Translations under genes and position numbers: made by a program
Assembly (NCBI GenBank): GCA_046339335.1
Contig: JBKDUV010000043.1
Coordinates: 1 to 41,910 of the forward strand
Reading direction: 5' to 3'
DNA from: Planctomycetia bacterium
GTDB taxonomy: Bacteria > Planctomycetota > Planctomycetia > Pirellulales > UBA1268
DNA length: 41,910 nucleotides
Shown here: in pieces, positions 29,406-38,028 of the stretch
Layout of the letters: each line of letters opens with the position of its first letter
Position numbering within the stretch: the stretch's first letter is position 1
The notes under the pieces: model-generated
Seen by the model: the letters and a program-made list of their open reading frames with translations, nothing else
Told to the model about the DNA's origin: nothing
The model's database searches: none

Positions 29406-29600
29406 GGGACAACTCCAATCAAACCAACGCACGACTACCAACCGGAATCGACGTCGGCAGCGGAACCGATCCGCCGCCGAGCGGTTGCACAAGGGAAGCC
29501 CTCGGCCCCGCGGGAGCGAACGACGGGAAAACCCGGCATCTACTCCCTCCGCGACCCCCTCCCCAAAAGGGATATGGGGTGGGACGCGGTCGAGCCACGG

Positions 29601-29645
29601 AATCTAAGGTGGGGCCTTGCCGCTGTCAACAGACCAAAAAATTTC
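29601..29645 (-). promoter_or_regulatory. near-consensus sigma70 promoter with an A/T-rich UP-like element, driving the S10 operon
   Basis: Minus strand TTGACA (29629-29624), exactly 17 nt, then TAGATT (29606-29601). GAAATTTTTTGG lies immediately upstream (29634-29645). The predicted leader is about 190 nt to the rpsJ TTG. Confidence 0.6.
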
Positions 29646-29654
29646 GGCATCTAG

Positions 29655-29695
29655 CCGGCCGGAACTCGTCATCACGTCGGCCGCGTTCCGGCCGG
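29655..29695. repeat. 11-bp perfect inverted repeat (CCGGCCGGAAC ... GTTCCGGCCGG) with a 19-nt loop
   Basis: Seen directly in the sequence. It lies between the EF-G-like gene and the S10 promoter and could be a terminator stem or an operator. Confidence 0.6.
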
Positions 29696-29884
29696 TCGGC
29701 AAACACCGACGTAGCGATTCGTGGGAGTTGATCGCTGCCCGGCCCTCGCTCACTCGGACCTGCCTGCGTTCCGGCATCCTGCCTGCGTCGGGCAGCTTAC
29801 GCCGGCACCTGGGTCACGAGCGGCCCCGCCCGTCGTTCGATTCCAGACGCTCGATGAGTGCACGAGGATCATGCGTGAGCCGTG

Positions 29885-31984
29885 TCACACGAACGCCGCG
29901 GCCGTCTCGGCAGGAGCAGGGCCGTACTTGAGCGGGGCCATCGTGAAGCTCGCCCGCCCCTGGCTGACGCTGCGGACGGCGGCCGAGTAGCCGAACATGC
30001 TCGCCAGCGGCGCCTCGGCCGTCAGCACGTTGACCCCGCCGCGGATCTCGGTGGCGGTGATCATCGCCCGGCGTTGCTGGAGGTCGTTGATCACGTCGCC
30101 GAGATGCTCCTCGGGGACGCTCACCTCGACCCGCATCACCGGCTCGAGGAGGGTCGTCCCGGCCGCCTCGAGCATCCGCTCGACCGCCTCGGCAGCCGCC
30201 ATCCGCACGGCGACGTCGGAGGGAAACGGCTCGGGGATCGGGCTCTCCACGACCACGATCCGCACGCCCCACAGCGGGCAGCTCTTCAGCCCGCCGCGTT
30301 CGGCCGCCTCGCGGACCGACTGGGTCATGAGGGCGGCGAGCGTGGCCAGCGTGTCGCTCTCCGGAAACCAGCCCTGCTCCACCGTCACCGGCGCCTGCTC
30401 GCCGACCGGCTCGGCCCGGAGCGAGACGGTGGCGACGAGATTCTGCCCGCCGATCTGCCGGTTGATCGTGCCGGCGACCGAAACGGCCTTCGACAGCGTC
30501 TCCTTGTAACTGACCCGCGGCTTGTGGACCCTGCACTTGAGGTTGAAGTCGCGTTCCAGCCGGTGGCGGATCACCTCGAGGTGGAGCTCCCCCATGCCCG
30601 AAATCAGCGTCTGTCCCGTCTCCTCGCTCTCCACGGCGCGGAACGTCGGGTCCTGCCGCTTCATCATCTCCAGCGTCTCGGCGAGCTTCTTGCGGTCGAG
30701 GCTCGTCTCCGGCTCGATGGCCATCGAGATCACGGTCTCGGGGAACTGGATCGTCTCCAGGAGGATCGGCTCGTTGGCATCGCAGAGGGTGTCACCGGTG
30801 ATGCTGCCGCGCGGACCGATCACGCCCACGATGTCCCCCGCCTCGGCCTTCTCCACCTGCTCGCGCCGGTCGGCCTGCACGTGCCAGATCTGGGCGATGT
30901 TCTCCTTCTTCTGCCGCAGCGGGTTCCAGGCCCGGCTCCCCGCCTTGAGCGTTCCGGAATAGACGCGGACGAAGTACAGGTCGCCGTGCTTCTCGGCGAT
31001 GATCTTGAAGACCAGGCCGCAGAATGGGGCTGCCGGGTCGGGCTTGCGGACGATCGCTGTCGGCTGCTTCTTCGTCGGATCGAGCCCCTCGACCGGGGGC
31101 ACGTCCCGCGGGCTCGGCAGATACCAGGCGACGGCGTCGAGCACCGGCTGGATGCCGATGCAGTCGAGGGCCGAGCCGGCCAGCACCGGAACCACGTGCC
31201 GGGCGATCGTCGCCTGACGGATCGCCCGGCGCAGCACGTCCGGCGGGATCGTCGCCTCCGCCATGACGAGTTCCGCAACTTCTTGAGAAAAGTCGAAGAG
31301 GGTGGAGACGAGATCCTCGCGGTACAGGGCCGCCTCGGCGGCGAGTTCCTCCGGGATCGGGGATACCGTGACCTTCGCGATCGCCTAGCCGCCGGCGAGT
31401 GCCTCGTCCTTGGGCGGAAACGTCAGCAACCGCATCTCCACGAGGTCCACGATCCCGCGAACCGGATCCTTGACGTGCGGCGGCCCGAGGCCGAGTGGCA
31501 CGTGGAGGACGAGCGGCCTGGTCCCGAGCCGCTTCTCGATCTGCTGGACGGTGCCGAGGAAGTCGGCTCCCTCGCGGTCGAGCTTGTTGACCAGCGCGAT
31601 CCGCGGTACGCCGTAGCGGTCAGCCTGCCGCCAGACCGTCTCGCTCTGGGCCTCGACCCCCTCGCGGGCGCTGAACACGACGACGGCGCCGTCGAGGACC
31701 CGCAGGCTGCGCTCCACCTCGGCGGTGAAGTCGACGTGCCCCGGCGTGTCGATGAGGTTCACCGTCACGTCCCGCCAGCGGAACGACACGGCGGCCGAGT
31801 AGATCGTGATGCCGCGTTCCTGCTCCTCAGGATCGAAGTCGGTGATCGTGGTGCCACGATCGACCTCGCCGAGGCGGTGACTGGTCTGCGTGAAGAACAG
31901 CATCCGCTCGGTGAGCGTCGTCTTGCCGGCGTCGATGTGGGCGACGATGCCGATGTTGCGGATCGTGTCGATGGAGCGGGGCAT
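29885..31984 (-). pseudogene. EF-G-family translation GTPase, a 699-codon frame interrupted by one in-frame TAG at codon 200 (31387-31385). It could be a pseudogene, a sequence error or a read-through gene.
   Basis: ATG 31984. G1 AHIDAGKT, G3 DTPGH, G4 NKLD. Track ORFs 31385..32146 and 29885..31264 share one frame, and the 40 codons between them encode EF-G G'-like sequence. Domains II-V are intact. It diverges from canonical FusA ([37 protein letters not shown]). Confidence 0.85.
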
Positions 31985-31991
31985 GGGGCGG

Positions 31992-33842
31992 CTACATCCT
32001 CTCCACGGTGCCGATGCCGAGCAGCGCGAGACCCGCGCGCAGCACCCGGCCGGTGAGGTCGCAGAGGGCAAGCCGGCCGTCCCGCTCCGCCCCCTCGGCC
32101 TTGAGCACCGGCAGGGCGTCGTAGAACGTCGAGTAGCAGCCGGCAAGCTCGAACAGCCAGCCGGTGAGCAGGTTCGGCCGGTAGTCGGCTTCGACGTCCT
32201 CGAGCACCTCGGCGAAGCGGACGAGTTTCAGGGCCAAGGCCCGCTCCCGGGGGTCGGCGACGCTCACGCTCCGGCAGCCCGCCCGCAGCGCCTCCCGGTC
32301 GATGCCCCCCTTCGCAAAAATCCCCTCCACGCGGGCCACGGCGTACTGCATGTACGCCGCCGTGTTGCCGGTGAGCTGCAGCATCTTGTCGAAGCTGAAG
32401 ACGTAGTCGGTGGTCCGGTTCTGGGAGAGGTCGGCGTATTTGATCGCGCCGATGCCGACGGTCTCGGCGACGTGCCGACGGTCGCCTTCGTCGAGTGCCG
32501 CGCGGGCCTCGTCACCGGAGCCGACGACGCGGGCCGCCCGGTCCACTCCCTCGTCGAGCAGCGGCTCCAGCCCCACCGTGTCGCCGGCCCGGGTCTTGAA
32601 CGGCCGGCCGTCCTCGCCGAGCACCGTGCCGAAGGCGACGTGGACGAGCTGCACGGGGCCGCAGCCGCGGCGCCGGGCGGTTTCGAAGACCTGCTGGAAG
32701 TGCTGCCCCTGGCGGTGATCGACGACGTACAGGATCCGGTCGGGATGCCAGTGCGCGAGCCGCCAGTCGATCGTGGCCAGGTCGGTCGTGGCGTAGAGAA
32801 AGGCACCGTCGGCCTTGCGGACGAGGAGCGGCGGCTCGTCGTCGCCGCCGAGGAACACCCCCACCGCCCCGCGGCGTTCCCGCGCCAGGCCACGGTCGAG
32901 AAGGTCGGCGACGACGCCGGCGAGCAGCGGCTGGTAAAAGCTCTCGCCGAGGGTGTGGTCGAACGTCACCCCGAGGCGGGCGTAGAGCCGCTCGATCTCG
33001 GCGAGGCAGATCGGCATGAACCGGTCCCAGAGGGCGCGGTTTTCAGCGTCCCCGGCGTGGAGCTTCGCCGTTTCGGCGAGCACCTCGCGGCCGGCAGCGG
33101 GATGTTTCGCCGCCAGGGCCGCGGCCTCGGGATCAGCGGCAAGCTCCTCCGGCTTGGCGTCGGCGATCTTGCGGACGAGCCGATACAGGCGGCCAAGCTC
33201 GGCAGTCGGGTCGGCGGCGAAGGCCTCCTCGTCGCAGAGCCGTTTCCAGCCCCAGAGGATCATGCCGAACTGCGTGCCCCAGTCCCCGAGGTGGTTGTCG
33301 GTGATCACGCGATGGCCGCGGAAGCGGAGGATCCGCGACAGGGCGTCGCCGATCACCGTGGAGCGGATGTGGCCGACGTGCATCGGCTTGGCGACGTTCG
33401 GCGAGGAGAAGTCGACGACGATCGTCTCGGGAGCGAAGACCGGGGCGACGCCGAGCCGTTCGTCGCGCACGGCGGCCGCGACGGCGGCCGCGAGGGCGGC
33501 ATCGCGAACGCGGACGTTGATGAAGCCCGGCCCGACCGGATCGCCGGGGGGCTCGAAGAGCGTCGTGTAGCCGGGCTGCTCGACGAGCCGGGCGGCGATC
33601 GCCACCGCCAGGTCGCGAGGCTTTCGGCCGGCCCGCTTCGCCAACGGCATCGCCATCGATGCGGAATAGTCGCCGAACTTTGCGTCGGCGGTTTCCCGCA
33701 CCTGCTCGAGAATCGCGGGGATCTCGCTTGCCGCGACGCCGAGCGTGCCGTCGGCCACGAGCCCCTCGATCGCCCGCCGAAACATCTCCCGCAGGGACGC
33801 GCGGAAGTTCACGCGGTCCGTCGTCGTGCCGTCGTCGCTCAT
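31992..33842 (-). CDS. argS: arginine--tRNA ligase
   Basis: 616 aa with the HIGH-type motif ([14 protein letters not shown]), a DALR anticodon-binding C-terminus and the typical ...ERM end. Its stop is TAG, 7 nt before the EF-G-like ATG. Confidence 0.95.
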   Translation of the reverse strand: MSDDGTTTDRVNFRASLREMFRRAIEGLVADGTLGVAASEIPAILEQVRETADAKFGDYSASMAMPLAKRAGRKPRDLAVAIAARLVEQPGYTTLFEPPGDPVGPGFINVRVRDAALAAAVAAAVRDERLGVAPVFAPETIVVDFSSPNVAKPMHVGHIRSTVIGDALSRILRFRGHRVITDNHLGDWGTQFGMILWGWKRLCDEEAFAADPTAELGRLYRLVRKIADAKPEELAADPEAAALAAKHPAAGREVLAETAKLHAGDAENRALWDRFMPICLAEIERLYARLGVTFDHTLGESFYQPLLAGVVADLLDRGLARERRGAVGVFLGGDDEPPLLVRKADGAFLYATTDLATIDWRLAHWHPDRILYVVDHRQGQHFQQVFETARRRGCGPVQLVHVAFGTVLGEDGRPFKTRAGDTVGLEPLLDEGVDRAARVVGSGDEARAALDEGDRRHVAETVGIGAIKYADLSQNRTTDYVFSFDKMLQLTGNTAAYMQYAVARVEGIFAKGGIDREALRAGCRSVSVADPRERALALKLVRFAEVLEDVEADYRPNLLTGWLFELAGCYSTFYDALPVLKAEGAERDGRLALCDLTGRVLRAGLALLGIGTVERM

Positions 33843-34276
33843 CGGCCGACCGCTCCCGCCGACTCGACGGAAATCCGCTTGGCATCCCCCCAGAGATGCT
33901 CGAGGTCCCAGTACTCGCGGGCCTCGGCATCGAAGAGATGGACCATCACGTCGCCGTAGTCGAGGATGATCCAGCGGCCTTCCTCGTAGCCTTCGCCCCC
34001 CCGCTTGCGGTCGTGCAGATCCTGCTTCACGCCCTTCTCGATCTCGTCGGCCATGGCGTGCAGCTGGCGGCGGCTGGAGCCGGTGGCGACGACGAAGTAA
34101 TCGAACACGTCGGTCAGGCCGCGGAGGTCGAGCACGCGCACATCGGTGCCCCGGGTTTCCTGCGCGATGCGGGCGGCGGCCAGGGCCAGCTGCCGGGCCC
34201 GATCGGACGTCGCTGCGGAGCCGGCGTGCGCCGCGACCTTGCCGGTGGCCGGCGAATCCTTGCGGGCTGGGGTCAC
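33839..34276 (-). CDS. rsfS: ribosome silencing factor RsfS (iojap-like)
   Basis: ...DVRVLDLRGLTDVFDYFVVATGSSRRQLHAMADEI...WIILDYGDVMVHLF...REYWDLEHLW. GTG start is uncertain. The stop overlaps the argS ATG (ATGA). Confidence 0.88.
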   Translation of the reverse strand: MTPARKDSPATGKVAAHAGSAATSDRARQLALAAARIAQETRGTDVRVLDLRGLTDVFDYFVVATGSSRRQLHAMADEIEKGVKQDLHDRKRGGEGYEEGRWIILDYGDVMVHLFDAEAREYWDLEHLWGDAKRISVESAGAVGR

Positions 34277-34374
34277 GAGGCGCTCGGGGGCTGGAAACGG
34301 GAATGAAACCGAGTGGTCACGGCCTTAGAGTCAGGACCGTCCCACCCCGGCAGTGTAAGGTACCAGTTCCCCCC

Positions 34375-35079
34375 ATGCGATCCCTGGCCACGCTGCAGGC
34401 ACTGCTCATCCCGCTCGCCGCCGCCGGCTGCGCCGGCGATGTCCCCGTGAACGCACCGGCGCAGCCGCCGTTGGCCGCGCTGGTCGAGGCCGTTCGCGAG
34501 GGGCGGCTCGACGCGATCACGGTCACCGATCGGCCGCTCGTGCCGCAGGACTGGGAACGGCTGCGCGGACTCACGGGGCTGCGTGAACTGGTGCTCGATC
34601 AGGGGGTGGCCGATGACACGGTGGCCGACATCCTCGGGTCGTTGACAGGCCTCCAGCGACTCGTGCTCCGGGAGTCCCCGCTGGGAGATGCCGGCTTCCA
34701 GGCGCTGGCCCGCTGCACGTCGCTCCGGGATCTCAACGTGCCGCGGGCCGGCTGCACCGTCGCGGGGCTGGAGGCGATCGCTGGCCTGGAGTCGCTGCGC
34801 AGCCTGCGGCTCGGCGGACCGGGACTGCGCGGGCCGGAGGTCGCCAGAACGCTCGCCACCCTCCCTGCCCTGCAATCGCTCCACCTGATCGACGTCCCGA
34901 TCGGCGACGAAGGCCTGGCTGCCCTGGGCGGCGCGACGGGCCTCGGAAACCTGTATCTCGACGGAGCCGGGGTGTCGGACCGGGCCTGGGAAGACTATTT
35001 TAAGAAGCAACCGCATGTGCACGTGCACGTCGATCAAGCCCATCACGACCGCGATCCCGGCGGCGACCATCCACCATGA
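34375..35079 (+). CDS. leucine-rich-repeat lipoprotein
   Basis: ATG 34375. It has a lipobox-like LAAAGC, followed by about 7 LRR units (L..L..L.L....I.D.GL..L). Confidence 0.75.
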   Translation: MRSLATLQALLIPLAAAGCAGDVPVNAPAQPPLAALVEAVREGRLDAITVTDRPLVPQDWERLRGLTGLRELVLDQGVADDTVADILGSLTGLQRLVLRESPLGDAGFQALARCTSLRDLNVPRAGCTVAGLEAIAGLESLRSLRLGGPGLRGPEVARTLATLPALQSLHLIDVPIGDEGLAALGGATGLGNLYLDGAGVSDRAWEDYFKKQPHVHVHVDQAHHDRDPGGDHPP

Positions 35080-35206
35080 GCGGCACTCGCTCGGAACCCG
35101 GCCGCGGTGACGGAAGAACGCACCGGGGCCGTCTGCCGTGGTTGGGCCGCGGCCTCGTGCATCGCTGACCGCCATGGGCCCTCCACACGTGACCAGGGAG
35201 CACCCG

Positions 35207-36808
35207 ATGATTCACCGGACCGTTGTCGGCCTCGTCGCCGGCGCCTGTTTCATGCTCCCCGTCGGCCTCGCGGACGAGGCCGCAGACGTCGTCGTCTACG
35301 GTTCCACGCCGGGCGGTTTCTGCGCGGCGATCGCCGCGGCCCGCGAGGGGGCGAAGGTCATTCTCCTCGAGCCGACCGAGCACGTGGGGGGCCTGACAAC
35401 GGGGGGCCTGAGCCACTGCGACTCGAATCAGATGGTCCGCACGACGCTGCGTGGCTTGTTCGAAGAATGGCACGGCCGCGTGGTCAAGGACTACACCGAC
35501 CGGGGCCTGCAAGCGGCCTACGACCCGACCAAGAAGGACCAGAGCCCCTGGACCTTCGAGACGAACGTCGCCATGCGGGTGACGAAGAAGATGCTCACGG
35601 AAACCGGTGTCGTCGTGAAGACCGGTCAGGCGATCACCGGCGTCACCAAGGACGGGCCGCGAATCACGACGCTCGTCACCGCGCAGGGCATGTTCCGCGC
35701 GACCGCGTTCGTGGATGGCTCCTACGAGGGCGACCTGATGGCGGCGGCCGGAGTCGAGTGGACGATCGGCCGCGAGGGACGAGCCGAGTTCGGCGAGTCC
35801 TATGCGGGCAAGCAATATCCGAAGCCAAAACTGCCGATCAGCGGCCGCGACGATCAGGGCCGGCTGCTGCCGCTCGTGACGACGGCCGATGCCGGTGCCA
35901 CCGAGGCGGGCGACGCCAACGTGATGACCTACAGCTTCCGGCTCTGCCTGACGAGGGACCCCGCGAACCGCGTGCCTCCCCCCGAGCCGGCCCGGTACGA
36001 TCCGGCCCGCTTCGAGATCGCCCGCCGGGTGCTGGCGGCCGGCGGGCGCGTGGGATTCGTCCTCTACCCCCTGCCGGGCGCGAAGTTCGACGGCAACAAC
36101 TCGATCAATGGACACGTCTCGCTGGGGCTGATCGGCGGCGGCAACTCGTGGAATGCCGGCGACCGGGACCAGCGCCGGGCGATCTGGGAGGCGCACCGGC
36201 AGTACACGCTCGAGTTTCTTCATTTTCTGCGCACCGATCCGGATGTACCGGCGAAAATCCGCGAAACCTACGCCGATCTCGGGCTGTGCCGCGACGAGTT
36301 CGCGGAGACGGGTCACTTCCCGCCGGCGCTCTACGTGCGCGAGTCGCGTCGCATGCGCGGCGTCTACGTGATCTGCCAGAAGGACATCGTCGACTCGCCC
36401 CTCAAGGACGATCCGATCGCGATCTCGTCGTTTCCGATCGACTCCCACGACTGCCAACGGGTGGCCCTGCCCGACGGCGGCGTCGTCAACGAGGGGACGA
36501 TCTACCCGGTCCTGTCGAAAGGCAAGCGAGTCGGGTACGCCTATCACGTTCCCTACCGTGCCATCCTGCCGAAGCCGGGTCAGTGCGCGAACCTGCTCGT
36601 CCCCGTGGCACTTTCCTGCACGCACGTCGCGATCTCGTCGCTGCGGATCGAGGCCGCGTGGATGGTGATCGGCCAGGCGGCGGGGATTGCTGCTGCGCAG
36701 GCCGCGGATCGGAACGTCGCGGTCCATGACCTGCCCTACGCGATTTTGCGCGAACGGCTCCTCGCCCAGGGACAGGTGCTCGACTTGCCGGGAGACAAGG
36801 CACCATGA
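35207..36808 (+). CDS. secreted FAD-dependent oxidoreductase (PF12831-like)
   Basis: ATG 35207 after AGGGAG. It has a signal-like N-terminus and a Rossmann motif DVVVYGSTPGGFCAAIAAAREGAKVILLE...HVGGLTTGG. Confidence 0.85.
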   Translation: MIHRTVVGLVAGACFMLPVGLADEAADVVVYGSTPGGFCAAIAAAREGAKVILLEPTEHVGGLTTGGLSHCDSNQMVRTTLRGLFEEWHGRVVKDYTDRGLQAAYDPTKKDQSPWTFETNVAMRVTKKMLTETGVVVKTGQAITGVTKDGPRITTLVTAQGMFRATAFVDGSYEGDLMAAAGVEWTIGREGRAEFGESYAGKQYPKPKLPISGRDDQGRLLPLVTTADAGATEAGDANVMTYSFRLCLTRDPANRVPPPEPARYDPARFEIARRVLAAGGRVGFVLYPLPGAKFDGNNSINGHVSLGLIGGGNSWNAGDRDQRRAIWEAHRQYTLEFLHFLRTDPDVPAKIRETYADLGLCRDEFAETGHFPPALYVRESRRMRGVYVICQKDIVDSPLKDDPIAISSFPIDSHDCQRVALPDGGVVNEGTIYPVLSKGKRVGYAYHVPYRAILPKPGQCANLLVPVALSCTHVAISSLRIEAAWMVIGQAAGIAAAQAADRNVAVHDLPYAILRERLLAQGQVLDLPGDKAP

Positions 36809-36915
36809 AGAACGCGGGTTCGATCGCCCGTATCCGGCTCCTGCGCACGCCCGCCGTCTGGCTGGGCGCCGGCCTGGTCGTGGCCGGCGTGGTCGCCGGG
36901 TCGCGGCCCCTCTAG
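36805..36915 (+). other. signal-peptide-encoding segment in frame with the DUF3500 ORF, ended by TAG (36913-36915)
   Basis: ATG 36805 overlaps the upstream TGA (ATGA). It encodes MKNAGSIARIRLLRTPAVWLGAGLVVAGVVAGSRPL, then TAG, then NAPEPV in the same frame (both 36805 and 36931 are 1 mod 3). Confidence 0.6.
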
Positions 36916-36930
36916 AACGCTCCAGAGCCA

Positions 36931-37896
36931 GTGGCGGCGGGCCCGTCGCTGGCGGCGGCGGCCACGGCATGGATCGACTCGTTGGCCGCGCCGCAGGTGG
37001 CAAAGGCCCGCCGGCCGTTTGCCGACCCGCAGCGGACCGACTGGCACTTCGTCCCCAAGTTCGACCGCAAGGGGCTGCCACTGCGCGACATGACGCCGGC
37101 CCAACAGGATCTGGCCCGCGGCCTGCTCCGCACCGCCCTCTCCGAGGCGGGCTCCACGAAGACGCAAATCATCATGCAGCTCGAGGAGATCCTGCGGCTC
37201 CGCGAGGGGAAGCGGGCCAAGAACGTCCGCGACCCGGAGCGGTACTTCTTCACGGTCTTCGGTGATCCGTCCGGCCGCGAGCCGTGGGGCCTGTCGGTCG
37301 AGGGACACCACCTGTCGTTCAACTTCACCATCCGCGATGGCCACCTCGTCGACCGCACGCCGCAGTTTCGCGGCGCGAGCCCCGCCACCGTGAAGACCGA
37401 CCTGCCCGGCCTGCCCGCGGCGGGGACGCGGGTCCTGCGGGACGAGGAGGCACTGGCCTTCGACCTCGTGCAGGCGCTCGACGAGCAGCAGCGGAAGCAG
37501 GCCGTGATCACGGCCGAGCCGGCGGCGGAGATTCGTGCCGCCGGCGCGCCGCAGCCGCCGGGTGAGCCCCCCGTCGGCATCCGCCATGCGGACCTGCGGC
37601 CGGAGCAGCGGGCGGTGCTGCGCCGGATCGTGGAGGTGTATTGCGGCACGATGGTCGCGGAGGTGGCGGCCGAGCGGCTCCGGCTGATCGACGAGGCCGC
37701 CGGCGGCTGGGATGCGGTCATGTTCGCCTGGTCCGGGGCGACGAAGCCCGGCCTCGGGCACGCCTACCGGGTCGAGGGGCCGACGTTTTCGATCGAGTTC
37801 TGCAACGTCCAGCCTGACGCCGACGGGAATCCGGCCAACCACATCCACTGCGTGTGGCGGGATCGGACCGGCGATTTCGACCTGCCGGCCCGGTGA
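36931..37896 (+). CDS. DUF3500 domain protein (uninterrupted part; GTG start as in the ORF track)
   Basis: ...RRPFADPQRTDWHFVP...WGLSVEGHHLSFNF...GHAYRVEGPTFSIEFCNVQ...NHIHCVWRD matches the DUF3500 pattern. Confidence 0.85.
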   Translation: MAAGPSLAAAATAWIDSLAAPQVAKARRPFADPQRTDWHFVPKFDRKGLPLRDMTPAQQDLARGLLRTALSEAGSTKTQIIMQLEEILRLREGKRAKNVRDPERYFFTVFGDPSGREPWGLSVEGHHLSFNFTIRDGHLVDRTPQFRGASPATVKTDLPGLPAAGTRVLRDEEALAFDLVQALDEQQRKQAVITAEPAAEIRAAGAPQPPGEPPVGIRHADLRPEQRAVLRRIVEVYCGTMVAEVAAERLRLIDEAAGGWDAVMFAWSGATKPGLGHAYRVEGPTFSIEFCNVQPDADGNPANHIHCVWRDRTGDFDLPAR

Positions 37897-37921
37897 CGGT
37901 GCGGCGCACACCGGCCTCGTG

Positions 37922-37939
37922 CCGGGGACCTTTCCCCGG
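37922..37939 (+). terminator. hairpin 3' of the DUF3500 gene
   Basis: CCGGGGA-CCTT-TCCCCGG, a 7-bp stem with a 4-nt loop and no T-tract. Confidence 0.3.
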
Positions 37940-38028
37940 ATGTGGCGGTGCCGGATCGCTTGAAAGCGTGGCAGACAACGTTTCTTTGCGCCTGCGGACG
38001 TCAGCATCGGAGCCTCACCGAGGCGGAC

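Noticed and set aside
29835-29844. tRNA T-loop-like GTTCGATTCC downstream of the EF-G-like gene.
   Set aside because: The flanking bases cannot form a T-stem, and no acceptor, D or anticodon arms can be built. I found no other tRNA-like segment.
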